Below, in pieces: positions 24,968 through 38,075 of a stretch of DNA of 64,000 nt. A program made the position numbers and the translations under genes. The notes below the pieces were generated by a model. That model searched no databases. It was given only the letters and a program-made list of their open reading frames with translations, and had not been told where the DNA came from. The first letter of the stretch is position 1, and every line of letters begins with the position of its first letter. Source of the DNA: Toensbergia leucococca (Eukaryota). The stretch spans positions 62,001 through 126,000 of the forward strand of contig JALDZS010000009.1 in NCBI GenBank assembly GCA_022813965.1, written 5' to 3'.

Positions 24968-27131
24968 ATGGACACAAAAGAAGAGCTTGACGCTCTATTT
25001 GCACCACCTTCTGACCCCCAACTTCCGCCCGATATCTTAGGAGAACTCCAATCAATAATGCGACTCCATTCAATCTCCCCGCAAGATCTGTTTTTCAAAT
25101 GGGAATCGTACAGTATCAAGATGGGCTCGGAGCAGACTAAGCTCGACCTGACCACTGCGATGGCATTTAAGAAGGATTTGCAAGAGATGTTGGAGCGGGA
25201 ATCTCGAGGGAAGGCGCATGTGCGAAGCGTGGATAAGAGAGGTGCTTACGCCACACCCCGCAATGCTGCAAAGAACGGAGACGTATATGGCATGTAGGTA
25301 CTCTAGACAAAGGATGCAAAAATGCAGCCACTGAATTATCAGATTGGATGGCCTGGTACCGAGCACCCCGCGGCAAGTGTCAACGAATGGGGCTACCAAG
25401 CGCAAAGCAACCTTTGAGACACCGGCGATCCCTAAGGTCAACAAGTCCAATGCTATGAGCTCTCCGAGCGATGGAAGAACGGTATCTCATCAGTCAAACG
25501 GAATTCCTAAAGGACCCCAGTACGTTAACGGGCAATCGAGGAAACCACACAGAAGCTGATTAATGGTAGGGGCGTTGCGTTTTCTGATCGTCAGAACGCC
25601 GGCCAAATAATAGAGACGTTCAACGATCAATTGCTAGTACATGAGCCTCCTGTTGCCCCTCCACCCGAACCTCGTGTCAAAGTGACCGCCAACACCGACC
25701 TCAAGAAGTTCTTCTACAAGCCTATGGCGATGCATCTATCAGAAGCATCGGAAGTGCTTGATGACCGAATCGATGAGTTCATGTCATTAATACAAGACCA
25801 TCATGTTCTAGAAGATTCAGCCTTTGGGAATGCTGCGAGCCAGGGTACCAGCGAGGTGATCGCTGTGGGCAGGATAGCCTCGGACACTCTAGAGGGAAGG
25901 CTCAATGCTGCTTCTTTAGTCTTGGAAACATCGCGTCGAATGGGCGCTGGAATCAGAGTACCGCTCAAAGTCGATTCGATATCATATGAATTCTTTCCTG
26001 GCCAGATTGTTGCGGTTCGAGGCACCAACGCATCTGGAGATTACTTCTCTGTGAATGAAGTGCTTGAAATGCCACTCTTACCACCACCTGCGTCGCTAGC
26101 ATCATCGTTAGACTCCATAAAGGAACGTTTATGCGGGCCAGAGGAGGGTTCCAGAGAAGACCCTAGCCAAGCTCTCAACGTTCTCATAGCTTCAGGACCA
26201 TACACTGCAGATGACAACCTAGATTTTGGCCCTCTACATGCTCTTTGCGAAAAAGCTTCTTCAACTTACGCAGATGTTTTGATTCTCATCGGACCAATTC
26301 TTGATATTGACCACCCTTTGTTGGCAACAGGCGATTTTGATCTTCCTGATGATCCTAGCATTGAACCGGATAAAGCCACACTTAATGACGCTTTCAGATT
26401 ACTGATAGGCGCACCGATTCGCCGTCTCGCTCAGGCAGTGCCCAGTATCACGATTGTTCTGGTTCCGTCTGTCCGTGATGCTATCAACAAGCATGTTTCT
26501 TGGCCGCAAGAACCATTTGCAAAGCCAGGACTTGGCTTACCGAAGCAGGCTAGAATGGTTTCGAACCCAGTAACAATTTCTTTCAATGAGATCGTTGTTG
26601 GTATCTCGGCACAGGACATACTCTTTGATCTTCGAAGAGAAGAAGTTACCGTGGGCAAGTCAGCCGAGAGTAACATGTTAGCGAGGTTGCCAAGGCACAT
26701 AATACAGCAGCGACACTTCTTCCCGTTATTCCCGCCGGTAGATAGGAAGCATTTACCTAAGGCTGGAACAGAAGAGGGGATTGCAACAGGAACGCCAATA
26801 GACTTGAGTTACCTGAAGCTTGGCGAGTGGTTCAACGTACGGCCAGACTTGCTGATAATACCCAGCGCATTACCACCGTTCGTAAAGGTAGGACTTTCTC
26901 AAGGTACGCATTTGGGTATTTGGCTAAAATGGAGTGGTCCAGGTCGTTGAAACTGTTGTAGTGGTCAACCCTGGCCCATCTTCGAAGCGAAAAGGAGCAG
27001 GCACGTACAGCCAGATGACGATTTATCCAAAAAGGATTACTGAAAAAGAGCGTAATTTGCACCGTGATGAAGGGCGAATGATCGGACATGATCTTTTCAA
27101 ACGGGCGAGGGTAGATATCGTCAAGATATGA
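24968..27131 (+). CDS. POL12: DNA polymerase alpha-primase B subunit (3 introns)
   Basis: LHSISPQDLFFKWESY, VGRIASDTLEGRLN, FFPGQIVAVRGTNASG, ASGPYTADDNL, QRHFFPLFPP, PDLLIIPSAL, VVVNPG, RARVDIVKI. Confidence 0.95.
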
Positions 27132-27323
27132 GGGGAATATGGGATTTTCAATGTTGGTCGTGTCAAGACTGGAATATCCATAACGTGGGAAGGCGTTTTT
27201 CAAAGCTCCAAAACAATAGTATGCATCAAGCACGGCGTATTCCCATCAACCAGACTCTTCCATTTCCCCAATGCTCAAGCTTCCTCAACCGTAGCGCCTC
27301 AAGACGCCTAAGTAGTCATTCTC

Positions 27324-27772
27324 TCATCTTGGTAGCCCACGAAACGCACTCCCCGTCCCCTTCTTCTTTCCCTTCCCTCCCTCCTTCTCGGGCCCTTTCC
27401 TCACCAACTCTTCCAACCCTAAATCCTTCCACGCGCTCTCCCTCTTTGCCTGCGTAGCGCGCTGGATCCCGAATGCGGCATGTTGGTCTGGCACTACATC
27501 GTCTTCGTCCTCTGGGTTAGGAGGTTGGTGCTGCGGAGGAACGTAGATTTCTTCGTGGGGTAGTTGGGGTGGGCGATTGAATTCCTGCGGGTGGTGTGAT
27601 TAGCTGTGTTGATTTTTCTGGTCAAAGGACGGGTTCGGGGAAGTAAGTACTTCGAAGAGGTCGGCGATGCGGGGTTGGGAGAAGTGGACGTAGGTGTGAG
27701 AGGAATCCTTGGACTTTGGGGGTGGGATTAGCAGAAATGGGCGGTGGAATGTGAGGGGATGGGGTGTACCAT
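27324..27772 (-). CDS. APC13: Anaphase-promoting complex subunit Apc13 (3 exons, the first is only the ATG); missed by the ORF track
   Basis: Spliced M|SKDSSHTYVHFSQPRIADLFE|EFNRP..EIYVPPQHQPPNPEDEDDVVPDQHAAFGIQRA..AWKDLGL..GLPR*; both introns have GT..GCTAAT..AG. Confidence 0.85.
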
Positions 27773-28109
27773 TATATGCTTGTTGGAGGGGAACAATATG
27801 AAGATGTTGAAATTACGATATCTAATAGGATATTCCGGTGAATCAATGGAGTGGATCTCAAGAGCTTAATTAAATGGGGGGTGGGCAGACTCGGCAAAAA
27901 TTTCAGTCCCCAGATTCCTCAAAAATCCAACAACTGGCCTCTGCAACTTTTCTCACGAGATACGGCATAGATAATCTGCTCTGCAGCTCTGTTAAGAATA
28001 GGCTCTGCAACGCCAACCTTCCTTTCTCACGTTTCAATTCCGGCAGAGTAAGCAGTGTCCATTGATCAGGACACTGCTAATCTCAGCACCGTCTTATTTC
28101 CTTGATCTT

Positions 28110-29959
28110 ATGTCAACAGCAATTGATGCTCGCCGACGACCTAGCTTATGGTCCTATATCAGCTTCAGCTCATCCCCTCGCAGACGGTCTATATCGCTAC
28201 CAACACGGAACAATCAAGGCACCGACCCCTACGAAAAAGCAGGCAGGCATAATATTAACGGAGCGGCGAGCGCGTCGGTAGGCGTTGTGGATACTTTAAA
28301 GGAAGCGTGGATGGCGCAAAGTCAGAGGTCAAGATTGTTGAAGACGGGGGGGATAATTGCATTTATTGTATTTCTATTGTTTCTATTTTCGCCGAGTAAG
28401 AGGACAGGCTTTCCAGATATAGTTGGAAGTATGCAGCAATCAGCATGGCGTACTGAGTTGGAACACGAAGAAACCAATGCTAATGTCTGATTGGACAGGC
28501 CAATCACCCTCACTTGGTGGCTCTGACCCTTCCCTTGGGACGACGAAGTGCTCGAAGTCCAGTTCTCCGGATAAGCCATTAATACAATATGCTTTGATGA
28601 TCGATGCCGGTAGTACTGGCTCTCGCATACACGTCTATCGATTTAATAATTGCGGTTCCACTCCCGAGCTCGAGCATGAAGAATTCAAAATGACGGAGAA
28701 GAAGGAAGGTGGATCGGGCCTAAGCTCGTACAAGACCGATGTAGAGGGAGCAGCGAAAAGCCTGGATGTGCTCATGGATGTGGCAATGGAGACTGTACCC
28801 AAGAATCTCAGATCTTGTTCTCCTGTAGCCGTCAAGGCCACTGCTGGACTCAGAATGCTCGGGGCAGAAATGAGTGACAAAATTCTCGAAGCAGTACGAG
28901 AACGCTTGGAGACCGTGTTCCCATTCCCAGTTGTATCGAAGGAGAACGGCGGAGTACAAATCATGGACGGCAAAGACGAAGGCGTTTACGCTTGGATCAC
29001 GACCAACTACCTCCTCGGCAAAATCGGAGGACCAGACAAGACTCCAACAGCCGCAATATTCGATCTTGGCGGTGGCTCGACCCAGATAGTGTTCGAGCCG
29101 ACCTTCAAAAGCCCCACCAAAGGCATGCCCGAAACCTTAGCACCAGGCGATCACAAATACTCCCTCAATTTCGGCGGCCGCGCCTTCGAACTCTATCAGC
29201 ACTCCCATCTCGGTTACGGCCTCATGGCCGCCCGCGAAGCCATCCACAAATCCATCGTGCAAGCAAAACTCGACGCCAGCCCCAAAGACACCCCCTGGGC
29301 CGACCACCCTCTCCCAAATCCCTGCATCGCCCCCGGCATGAGCAGAGAAGTAAACGTCACCCTCGACTCCCAAACCACCCTTACCGCCAAAATGGTCGGC
29401 CCCACCGACCCCAGCCCCGCCCAATGCCGCGGCATCGCCGAAAAGATCCTGAAAAAAGACACTCAGTGCGACCTCGCCCCATGCTCCTTCGGCGGCGTGC
29501 ACCAGCCCTCGCTGGGCAAGACGTTCGCCCGCGAGGACGTCTACATCTTCAGCTACTTCTACGATCGCACGCAGCCGCTCGGCATGCCGGAATCCTTCAC
29601 CATCCGCGAGCTGCAGGATCTGACGGCCAAGGTGTGCGAGGGGGAGAAAGGGTGGGATGTCTTTGAGGGGGTGGAGGGCGCGGTGGCGGAGTTGAGGGAC
29701 AGGCCTGAGTATTGTCTTGATCTGAACTTTATGGTTGCGTTGTTGCATACCGGGTATGAGATGGAGGGGCAGAGGGAGGTGAGGATCGCGAAGAAGATCA
29801 AGGGGAATGAGTTGGGGTGGTGTTTGGGTGCTAGGTGAGTGGCGGATTTCTTCCGAGGGTGGTTTTTGTGATTGGTGCTAATGGGTGGGTGCTGTACACA
29901 GTTTGCCTCTGCTAAGCCAGGATTCGGGTTGGAAGTGTCGTATCAAGGAAACATCGTAA
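28110..29959 (+). CDS. GDA1: Golgi guanosine diphosphatase (GDA1/CD39 apyrase family), 2 introns
   Basis: N-terminal TM; apyrase regions MIDAGSTGSRIHVY, KATAGLR, MDGKDEGVYAWITTNYLLG, DLGGGSTQIVF, ELGWCLGA|SLPLL. Confidence 0.95.
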
Positions 29960-30316
29960 GGAAATCATGTGCGTTGCTGCTTCTTCTATACCAAACGCAT
30001 AGATTCGCTGGGGCCGGGATACACGGGACCATTTTTTGGGGGGTTTCGGACGGCGTTTACGAGAGCTGCACACTTAAGCGGCTGGCTTTTTCTGCTTTTA
30101 TGCTTTACTTGTTGTAGAGCATAAAGAAAAACGAGAGATTTGCCAGCTATATTTAATGCGTCGTTCGTTTCTGAGTATCTTATTTGAATGCTTACGGGCT
30201 TTGCCAGCATTCGCAACGGCTGAGATTCAGAAGCACCCTCCTCCACATGCAAAAATTCGATGAATCATTTTCAATGGCTCGGCTATGTATTCTGCCGGTC
30301 TCTCTCAGGTATATTT

Positions 30317-31439
30317 TCAATCATCTACTTCCTTGCTCCCTCCGCCAAGGACTTGGATTTCCGGCCTTTCGGGTTTGCTGCCCCTTCCCATTAATCTGCC
30401 CAGGATGTCGCGTTCTTTTGGAGGGTTGGTTTCGGTCTCGGAGGAGCTGGAGCTGGAGGAGCCAATCGAGCTTGAGCTGTTGCTGCGGTTGCGAGTGCAT
30501 TTTTCTTCAAGGACGCCGAGGCCGAGATCCTGGGGAAGAGAGAAGGGGATTAGTTGGACTGAAAGCATATAGGGAGGATTGATTTGATTATTCAGCAGTG
30601 ACAAGTCGGACCAAACGGACCATCTCAATATACCTCCCATCCTCCTCTGATCCCAAGTTTTCAATATCTCGCTCCCACAATACACCTTCAGCGCGCTCAA
30701 CTTCGAGTGTCTTGTTCGCAGCGGCAAGGGTAGGAAGCAGAGACGAGAGCCGCGAAAGTAGGCTGCGGGGGTGAGGGTCGGTGACAGAATAGGGAGGTGG
30801 GGGGCTGGGAGCGGAAGAGGATCTCGAGTCTATTTCCGAGTCTGAATCGGAGTCTGAGCTGGAGCCCGAATTTGAACTTGAGCTGGACGAGGAAGAGGCT
30901 TCGCTTTGCTCATTGGGCGAGTCTGATGAGGCGGAAGATGAGGACTCCGACCGAGACCCGGATGAATCGGACCCTGATTGTGAATCTGAGTCCGAGTCTG
31001 ATTCGGAGCTGGACTCTGAACTTGATGCTGAGGTTTCAGCGGCGAGCCATCGTCTGTTGAGAGCGGCTGGATCATTAGGGATAGATTCGGAGTCGGAACT
31101 CGAGTCGGAGCTTGAGTCCGATCTTGAGCCTGAGCTTGAAGTGGAACTGGAAGACGGGACGGGGCTAGAGAGTTCGCTGGCCGCATGTGGCGGGTGGGAT
31201 CTGTAAATCTCGTTGGGAAAGGCGCTGGAGGAGGTGGAAGTTGAGGTGAAGGTTGGGGAACCGACAAGGGTGATGGAGCTTGCTGGAGTGGCTTGGACTG
31301 AGCTGTCCGGAAAATAGGTCCTGTGAGTGGTGATTGGCGAGGGAGTTGATATTTCGGTTATTCTAGGTCTCTTGGGGTTGCGGGAGGGAGTGTGGGGGTC
31401 GAGGTTGGGGTAGGCTCGTTTTTTGCTGGTGTGGGGCAT
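30317..31439 (-). CDS. Ser-rich protein with C-terminal DUF4598/NOPCHAP1-like domain (one intron)
   Basis: LLSRLSSLLPTLAAANKTL..DIEN..GRYIEM|DLGLGVLEEK, ending RPEIQVL. Confidence 0.75.
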
Positions 31440-31821
31440 GACTGTCGGTAATTTCAAGATGGTGGTCTCGAAGACTGCGAGGGAGGGCAATTGATGAATG
31501 ATGACTGTGGTAGCTATCGACTTTAACAATGGAACTTGAAAGAACTCGAGTAAATTGAGGAGCGAGATTGAGGGGTTGAAGATAAGTGTGAGAGAGAGAT
31601 ATGGGAGAAATGTGACGGCGTGATTGGCGTGCAGTGCCAAGGCAGATCTCCCGCATGGAATGTCCGCTTCCGGCTTGATTTGGACGTAGGGCTGCATGTC
31701 ATGCTGAAAACAACAGACGACAGCTTGCAACTTTGAACCAAATATGGCATGATTCTTGGCCAGACGTTCTCTCTACACGTTGAGGAAACATTGAAAAGCG
31801 TTGCTCTCACAAGTGTCACAT

Positions 31822-31864
31822 CTTTCCCACTTTCCCACTTTCCCACTTTCCCACTTTCCCACTT
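31822..31864. repeat. (CTTTCCCA)n 8-bp minisatellite, ~5 units
   Basis: ctttcccactttcccactttcccactttcccactttcccactt. Confidence 0.9.
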
Positions 31865-32776
31865 CAGTAGGCATTCTGTTCTCTTCGCAAATTATCCACA
31901 TCAAGCCAAAGCCCAGATTCCTTTCCTTACTAGGTAGATGTTTCTCAAAGTAAAAATCCCTCATGCTTCTTACAGTGAAGATGAAGATAATTGCTTACCA
32001 CTTCTCTGCATCGTAGCTTCGACGTATGCCTCGCTAAAGAATAGATCAACGGTACCTGGAGTGTTTGATAAATTTGGTTGGCTCTCTCTGCAGGATAGAA
32101 ATATCTGTCTACGTTCAACTCGGCGCCCTCGATATTCGCCAATGTGGGAAGTTTGATAAGCTGATGGCTGCTACATGCCCATGAGCACCTGTGTCACTGT
32201 GTCGGTATGTCTTCATTTTTTTTGAGTGCATCATGTCTCAGGGTTTGCTGCATTTCCTCTTGTGCAGTATTTCTTTGTGTGGACTTAGTCGCTTTAAAAG
32301 AGCAAGTTCTCTTCTTCAGACCATTCACCATACGTATGAGGTATGAATGAAACTTCGTAAACTCTCTGGCCTTAGTGCAGTCGATATTCCCAATCTACTT
32401 CATCTTCCATTTGCCAAAAGTGAGACTACTCGTTGACTTGGTCGGATTCCCTGGGAAACCAAGTTCCTTTTCGTCGATTCGGTCTAGTAAACGGTTGGCC
32501 GACTGATATCTGAGTCGTAGCTAGTTCCTAGTCTCTCATTCACTGCACTGTAAGTACTGCCCTATGCATTTGACCAACCTCCTCAATTTACAACTTCTTA
32601 CTTCTCACTTTCCTCTCCACCTCACCTTCATCTCCCAAACATCACTCTTTGTAATTGTCATACCTTGCTCCCAATCATAATTTCATTCTCTCGGAGCTGG
32701 CTCCTCGTATTTCATTCCTACATACCTTTTAAATCTTCTGCGAATAATCTATCTTTCGAACCTGCAACTAATCACA

Positions 32777-33756
32777 ATGTTTGTCATTTACTATCAAAGC
32801 GCCGGCCGCTTGGACCAAAAAATCCTACCCAATTTCGCCGCCGCCTTCGAGGAAGGCTTGCGCCAATCCGCTCGATCCAAAAAACCCGTTCGCCTCAGCA
32901 TGGCTTCTCGACCAGTCCTGCAAGTCAATGGCCTGCTACCAGTGTCTGAAGAAGACTCGACCACCCCTACGCCAACCTCTCGCGATGCTGCTAAATTGAA
33001 CATGCTCCGTCGCATCCGTCCACCGCCATTGAAATACGCATGGTCATTCTACCACGACAAACACTCCAACTCCGACAACTACGAAGGTCGTCTGACCCTC
33101 ATGCTCGAGAACATCATCACCCTGAAGCCCTTTTGGGAAGCCTTCAATCTGTTCCCTCTCGACAGCCTCAAGTACAAAGACTCGGTCCACTTCTTCAAGC
33201 GCGGCGTCAAGCCCGTCTGGGAAGACTCTCGAAACGTCAACGGCGGCAGCTGGACCTTCCGCCTCCACAAGGATCCGAGCAAGGATTTCTGGATGGAAAT
33301 CCTCATGATGGCCATCGGCGAGCAATTCGCCGACGTCATCCAGCCCGGTAAGTACACCCACCCACCCACATACACACACACAAACATAGCCCCTTCGCAA
33401 AAAGACCAAAGTAAATTACAACTTACTAACACCCCAAACCCACAGGCGACGACCTCTGCGGCATGTCCCTCTCCGCCCGCTACGGCGCCAACCTCATCAC
33501 CATCTGGAACCGCGACGGCTCCAACCAGAAATCCATCGACGGCATCATCGCCGTCGTCCGCGACAAGATCAGCCCGGGCCTCATGCCAAAGGAAGGCATG
33601 TACTACTACAAGAAACACTCCGAGCATGCCGGCTTCGGTGCCGTCATCGCCAATGCAAAGGATGCAAAGGATGCAGAGCTGGCAAAGGCGGAGACGAAGG
33701 TTGAGGCTGAGTCGGTTGGAGAGGAAGGGTTGATTGGAGAGGTAAAGGATGTTTAG
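32777..33756 (+). CDS. eIF4E-family cap-binding protein, class II (4EHP)-like paralog; one intron (~33348-33445); start may be 32777 or 32900
   Basis: PPPLKYAWSFYHD, FWEAFN, HFFKRGVKPVWEDSRNVNGGSW, FWMEILMMAIGEQF, DDLCGMSLSAR, LITIWNRD, YYKKH; the W56-equivalent position appears to be Tyr (DNYEGRL). Confidence 0.9.
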
Positions 33757-34216
33757 CCTTTAGGGGGGAGAATGGATATTTTGTAAGAGAGGGGTTGTGT
33801 GGTGTGAGTGATGGTGCAGCTGCGGCATAGGGGGCAGGATGGAGCCATTACTGGACCGAGACTGTTGCGGTTTTTTCTCTAGCGAGCGATAGTTCTGATA
33901 AGTATGCGAAAGGCCTTGCCACCAAAGCATCTCAAGGCTTCGAGGACGCCGAATCCGCCATGGGGGAGGGCTGGGGATCATGGCATGTACTCTTCGATAG
34001 ACGGGCGAATAGTCAAGTAGTCAATTGGACTTGCATGAAGCCCCATTGCCCAACCCAATGCCCGGGCAACAAGCTTCACTGAGCCTGACCCGAAAGACCA
34101 TCCCACCGTATAAAAACAGATCTGAAGAAAGGCTCTCCTCTCTGCTATCTTGAACAAAATCTATACTAGAAAGAAACACCCGCACCAGCCACACAAACAA
34201 ATACACACAACATCCC

Positions 34217-36158
34217 TCAAACAACCAACTCCACCTCCCCCACCAACCCCTCCACCTCCTCCCCAAAGCCCCTCCCCCTCTTCCCCCTCACAATCTCCTT
34301 CGCCCCCAACGCACCACACGCATCTACCACCTCCCCACCCACCTCCGCCCCATAAACCAACAACCCAACCGCCAACAGCAACCCCCTAACCCCCTCCCGA
34401 CTCTCCTCCTCGCGCCCCACCGCCTCTAATAACCCAGCCACCAGCTCCACCTGCGCGCTCTCAGGCAACAGTTCCTCGCCACCTTCGAGACGACGGCAAT
34501 GGTTGAAAGCGGCGATGTTGAAAGCGAGGGATGCGGCGGCAACGCGGATGGGGGGGTGGGTAGTATCGAGGAGGGAGGTGGTGAGGAGGGTGAGAATTGG
34601 GGTGGATAGATGGGGGGAGGTGAGTAGGAGGGGAGGGAAAATGGGGGAGGTGAAGAGGTTGCAAGCTAGATGGATGGTTACGAGACGGAGGGTATAGGGG
34701 CAGGAGTCGTTGAGGGAGGCGGGAAAGGACAAGATGTGTTCGATTGTTGGGTGTGAGGGCTCTGAGGCAAAATAGCCCGATACGCGGGGGTCGATGAGGG
34801 CGAGGCGGAGGAGGTCGATGACTGGGAAGAGGGTGGGTGGGGGGACGGTTTCCAGGGAGTGTTGGATGAAGGCGCTGGTTTGAGGGAGGGACGGGAGGGG
34901 GGCGTCGGCGGCGCCCGAGGATTGTCTAGTCGTGATGAAGGTTTTCAGGGCGGTAACGGCTGGGTCCGTGCCTAGGGGGCCCATTTTGGAAATGAGCTTA
35001 TCGAGGGGAGGCATTTTGGAGTAGGTTACTGGGGTTTGGTGCACGCGTTGGAGGGTGGGTAGTCGAAGCTTGCTGTGCGGATGGGGAGGATGTGCCATCT
35101 GGACGAGCAAGCGGACGTTGCCTCGTAGCTGGCCTTCGTTGGCGCCGGACCATTCATTCTCCTTTTCGCCTTTGAGGTAGGTCATGAAGGTCGGTGTTAC
35201 GCGCACTTTGTATTTTGCGCTGATCTCGTGAGCTTGGTTGATGTCGACTTTGATGAGAACGGCTTTGCGGCCGGCTTCGGCGGCTAGGTCGTCGTAGGCT
35301 GGATAGACGATTTTGCAGGGGGCACAGGTTGAAGAGGTGAAGAAAATGACGGCGCAGGTTTTTCGGGCAGAAGATAGGAGTGATTCAAGGTCTGCGAGTT
35401 TAGTTATGTTGTGAACTGTACTTGTGGGTGGCTCGTAGTGCTTGGCCCCGAGCCCGTTCGTCGAGGAATGGCTACTTGTCGATTGGACAATTGGTACTGC
35501 TTGTCTCTGGGAAGATGGCCGCGACAACGGTGGGAGAGGAGCTTGAGTAATACCACGCATAGCGCTGTCGAGCTGGGGTTTTAGCATTTGACCGAACGGG
35601 GTATCTAAGACAGTCTGAGGCAGCGAAGTGATGTGATCTGGAATGCCTTTGCCAACCAGGAACATGGCAAAATCGTTGGAGAAGTTGTTGCAATTGTGAA
35701 GGAACAGATCATATGTCTTGCAAAGTCAGTAATTCCCGTTTTCCAAGTAGCATACAATAGCAGCGGTATCATACCTCTGCCGTATATATCTCCTTCAGCG
35801 ATTCGAGATACTCTAGGATTATCTCGATAGGTAATTCTGTTCGTCCCATGGAGATGACTTCCATCGGCTTTCCATGATGGGTTGCACCTGGGTAGCATGT
35901 CTGGACTCCTGCACCAAAGAAATACTCTATACCTCCAAAGACGAGAGCGGTATGGTAAACAGCATCTATTTGGACACCGAGAAAAGCGCCGGACATCTTT
36001 AGATAGGGATTATCAGTGTCGGAAGGATATGGAAGCTATCATACAACGATATACCTGTCTAGCAAGGCCCTATATCAACTTAGATTCGATCAAGACAATA
36101 GGTGAGTACCAGAAGAGCTCACCTTAGAGAGATCATAAACGTATAGCTGAACGTCCAT
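34217..36158 (-). CDS. PPPDE/DeSI peptidase-thioredoxin-like-PUL domain fusion protein (introns near the 5' end)
   Basis: [29 protein letters not shown] (His), FLHNCNNFS (Cys), TSSTCAPCK (CxxC), PTFMTY, C-terminal PUL-like [21 protein letters not shown]. Confidence 0.92.
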
Positions 36159-36551
36159 TTTGTTTATGTTCTTTCCCAAGAAAGGTTTCTCTTAGGGAAG
36201 CTTAATGAAAAGGAGAGAAGTGGTTTCTGCGAGTTCACAAAGATCTATAAAATGAGACGGAAAAGGGAAGAGAAAGAGAAAGAAGAAAAGAAAAGCAAAG
36301 AAAAGATAGATTGATAGGAAAAGTGGTAATGACGCGGTATGGATGCCTGTAATATGGAACCCTAGGTAAGGCGGGAGCCGCAGGCGCGGGAGATCGACGG
36401 TACCCTGGTTGCGGCTAAATATACTCTGTACTAGGTAAGATCGAGACTCTCCCAGTCGCCGACGTCACAGCCATTCGAGGAAGAGGAATGCCCAAAAATC
36501 TACTCATCGCATGCCCCAGTCATAACTCCTAAGACTTCGAGCTTTCTAAGA

Positions 36552-37172
36552 ATGGTAAGATAAGATACCTCAAGCATCTTTGAGCCCATCCTAATCCCAT
36601 TATCAAAGCCCCCAAAACGCCGCGCCCCACCTCCCTCCACAGAACCCAAAGCCCGCCAATCCAAGCTCGCCAAGGAAAACAACATCTCCGCCTCCACCGA
36701 GTCCGAAATCAAAGAAGCATTCCTCCTATTCTCCCGCCCCAACGACGACTACCCCTCGGAAAAGCTCGGCGTGCTGCCCACTCCCTTCCTCCGCCGCGCA
36801 CTCACAGCTCTCGGAGTTCCTCCATCTTCCGCATCCGAATTGCGAGACCTTATTGAGACAGTCGACCCCACAATATTGGGAGTTATCCTCTATGAACACT
36901 TTGTGGGTGTTGCGGCGCTAAAGTTGGAGTCGAGGAGTGAAGAGAGTCAGAGAGAGGAGGTGGCTGTTGCGTTTCGCTTGTTCACTGGGGGGAGTGGCGA
37001 GGATAAGATTACCATTGGTGCATTGAGGAGGGTAGCGAGGGAGTTGAAGGAAGATGTGGGGGAGCAGGTGCTTAAGGACATGATTTTGGAGGCGAACGGG
37101 GGAGGTGTGAGTAGAGGAGTAGGCATGATAGAGTTTGAGGGAGTGATGAGAAGAGCAGGAGTGTTCAGGTGA
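36552..37172 (+). CDS. Divergent centrin/calmodulin-like EF-hand protein (ATG-only first exon)
   Basis: M|PPKRR..RQSKLAKEN..EIKEAFLLF..LRRALTALG..AFRLFT..ITIGALRRVARELKE..LKDMILEANGG..EFEGVMRRAGVF. Confidence 0.85.
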
Positions 37173-38075
37173 CGATAGTGGAGCCGATGAATGGGATGAG
37201 CAGATGAATTTGTTTTATCTACGAGCAGTTGCATAAGCATGGCTTCGTGGGGGTTGACACTGATGAGGTCTGGGTTTTAGGGAATTTCTGCTGCAGTTTC
37301 TGCTCAAAAGACAGAGCAGATACATACAGTGTACCTCTTCCAGTGTCTATACATGATTATTTTCATTCTGACTTCTACCCAGCCGAGCCTCACTCCTCTC
37401 CAAATTAAGGTAGCTCGTGATCTTCCATACCTGTACAGGTCAAACCACAGTACAGATCCTCCCAGGCGCCTCTCAGCCATCTGACCGAGCATATTTTCTC
37501 CCTAAACCCGCATCGATATTGCGTTGCGATTTCCTGGAGCTTCTCCGGTATGTCGTCCGTCTGTATGGCTTTCGAGAAAGGGTCTCACCATCTTGCCTGC
37601 CTCTTCTACGCAAGATCTGAGCCCCTCTTCTACCTCCACAACTCTGCGCCTTTCGCTTGGGCTTTTGAATTGTAACCTTATTCTCACTGAAATGGGGGAG
37701 GGAGGACAGCCACTACTATTGTTAGACCCCTCTTCATCACTGTCTTCATGATAAGATTGGTCTTTGCTTATATAGTCAGAGGTGCGGCATGTGCCATCAG
37801 AATGATAAGACGTTTTCTTGCTGATGCGTACCTGATCAGACTCTGAGCTCGTTAAGGGCTCTGCTTTCAAGCTCTCTTCAAATTCTGATTCTGAGCTCTC
37901 CTTAAGAGATCAATTGCTACCTCTCTCACTTCAGCTGTCGCCTTGCTTGCTTCAGTCCGAGACTGCTTTCTATCGTTGCCTTTTCAAGAAGAAGAGAAAT
38001 CAAATTCACAATTCTTTCCATCCCACTCCTCTCCTCACCCAAGAAACAAGAAAGCAGCCCCTCTCTCTCACCTCT

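Noticed and set aside
28992..29748. Long alternative-frame and antisense ORFs inside GDA1 (similar ones in eIF4E, TRS31, MFS)
   Set aside because: Explained by very high GC at third codon positions in these tracts; no recognisable protein.
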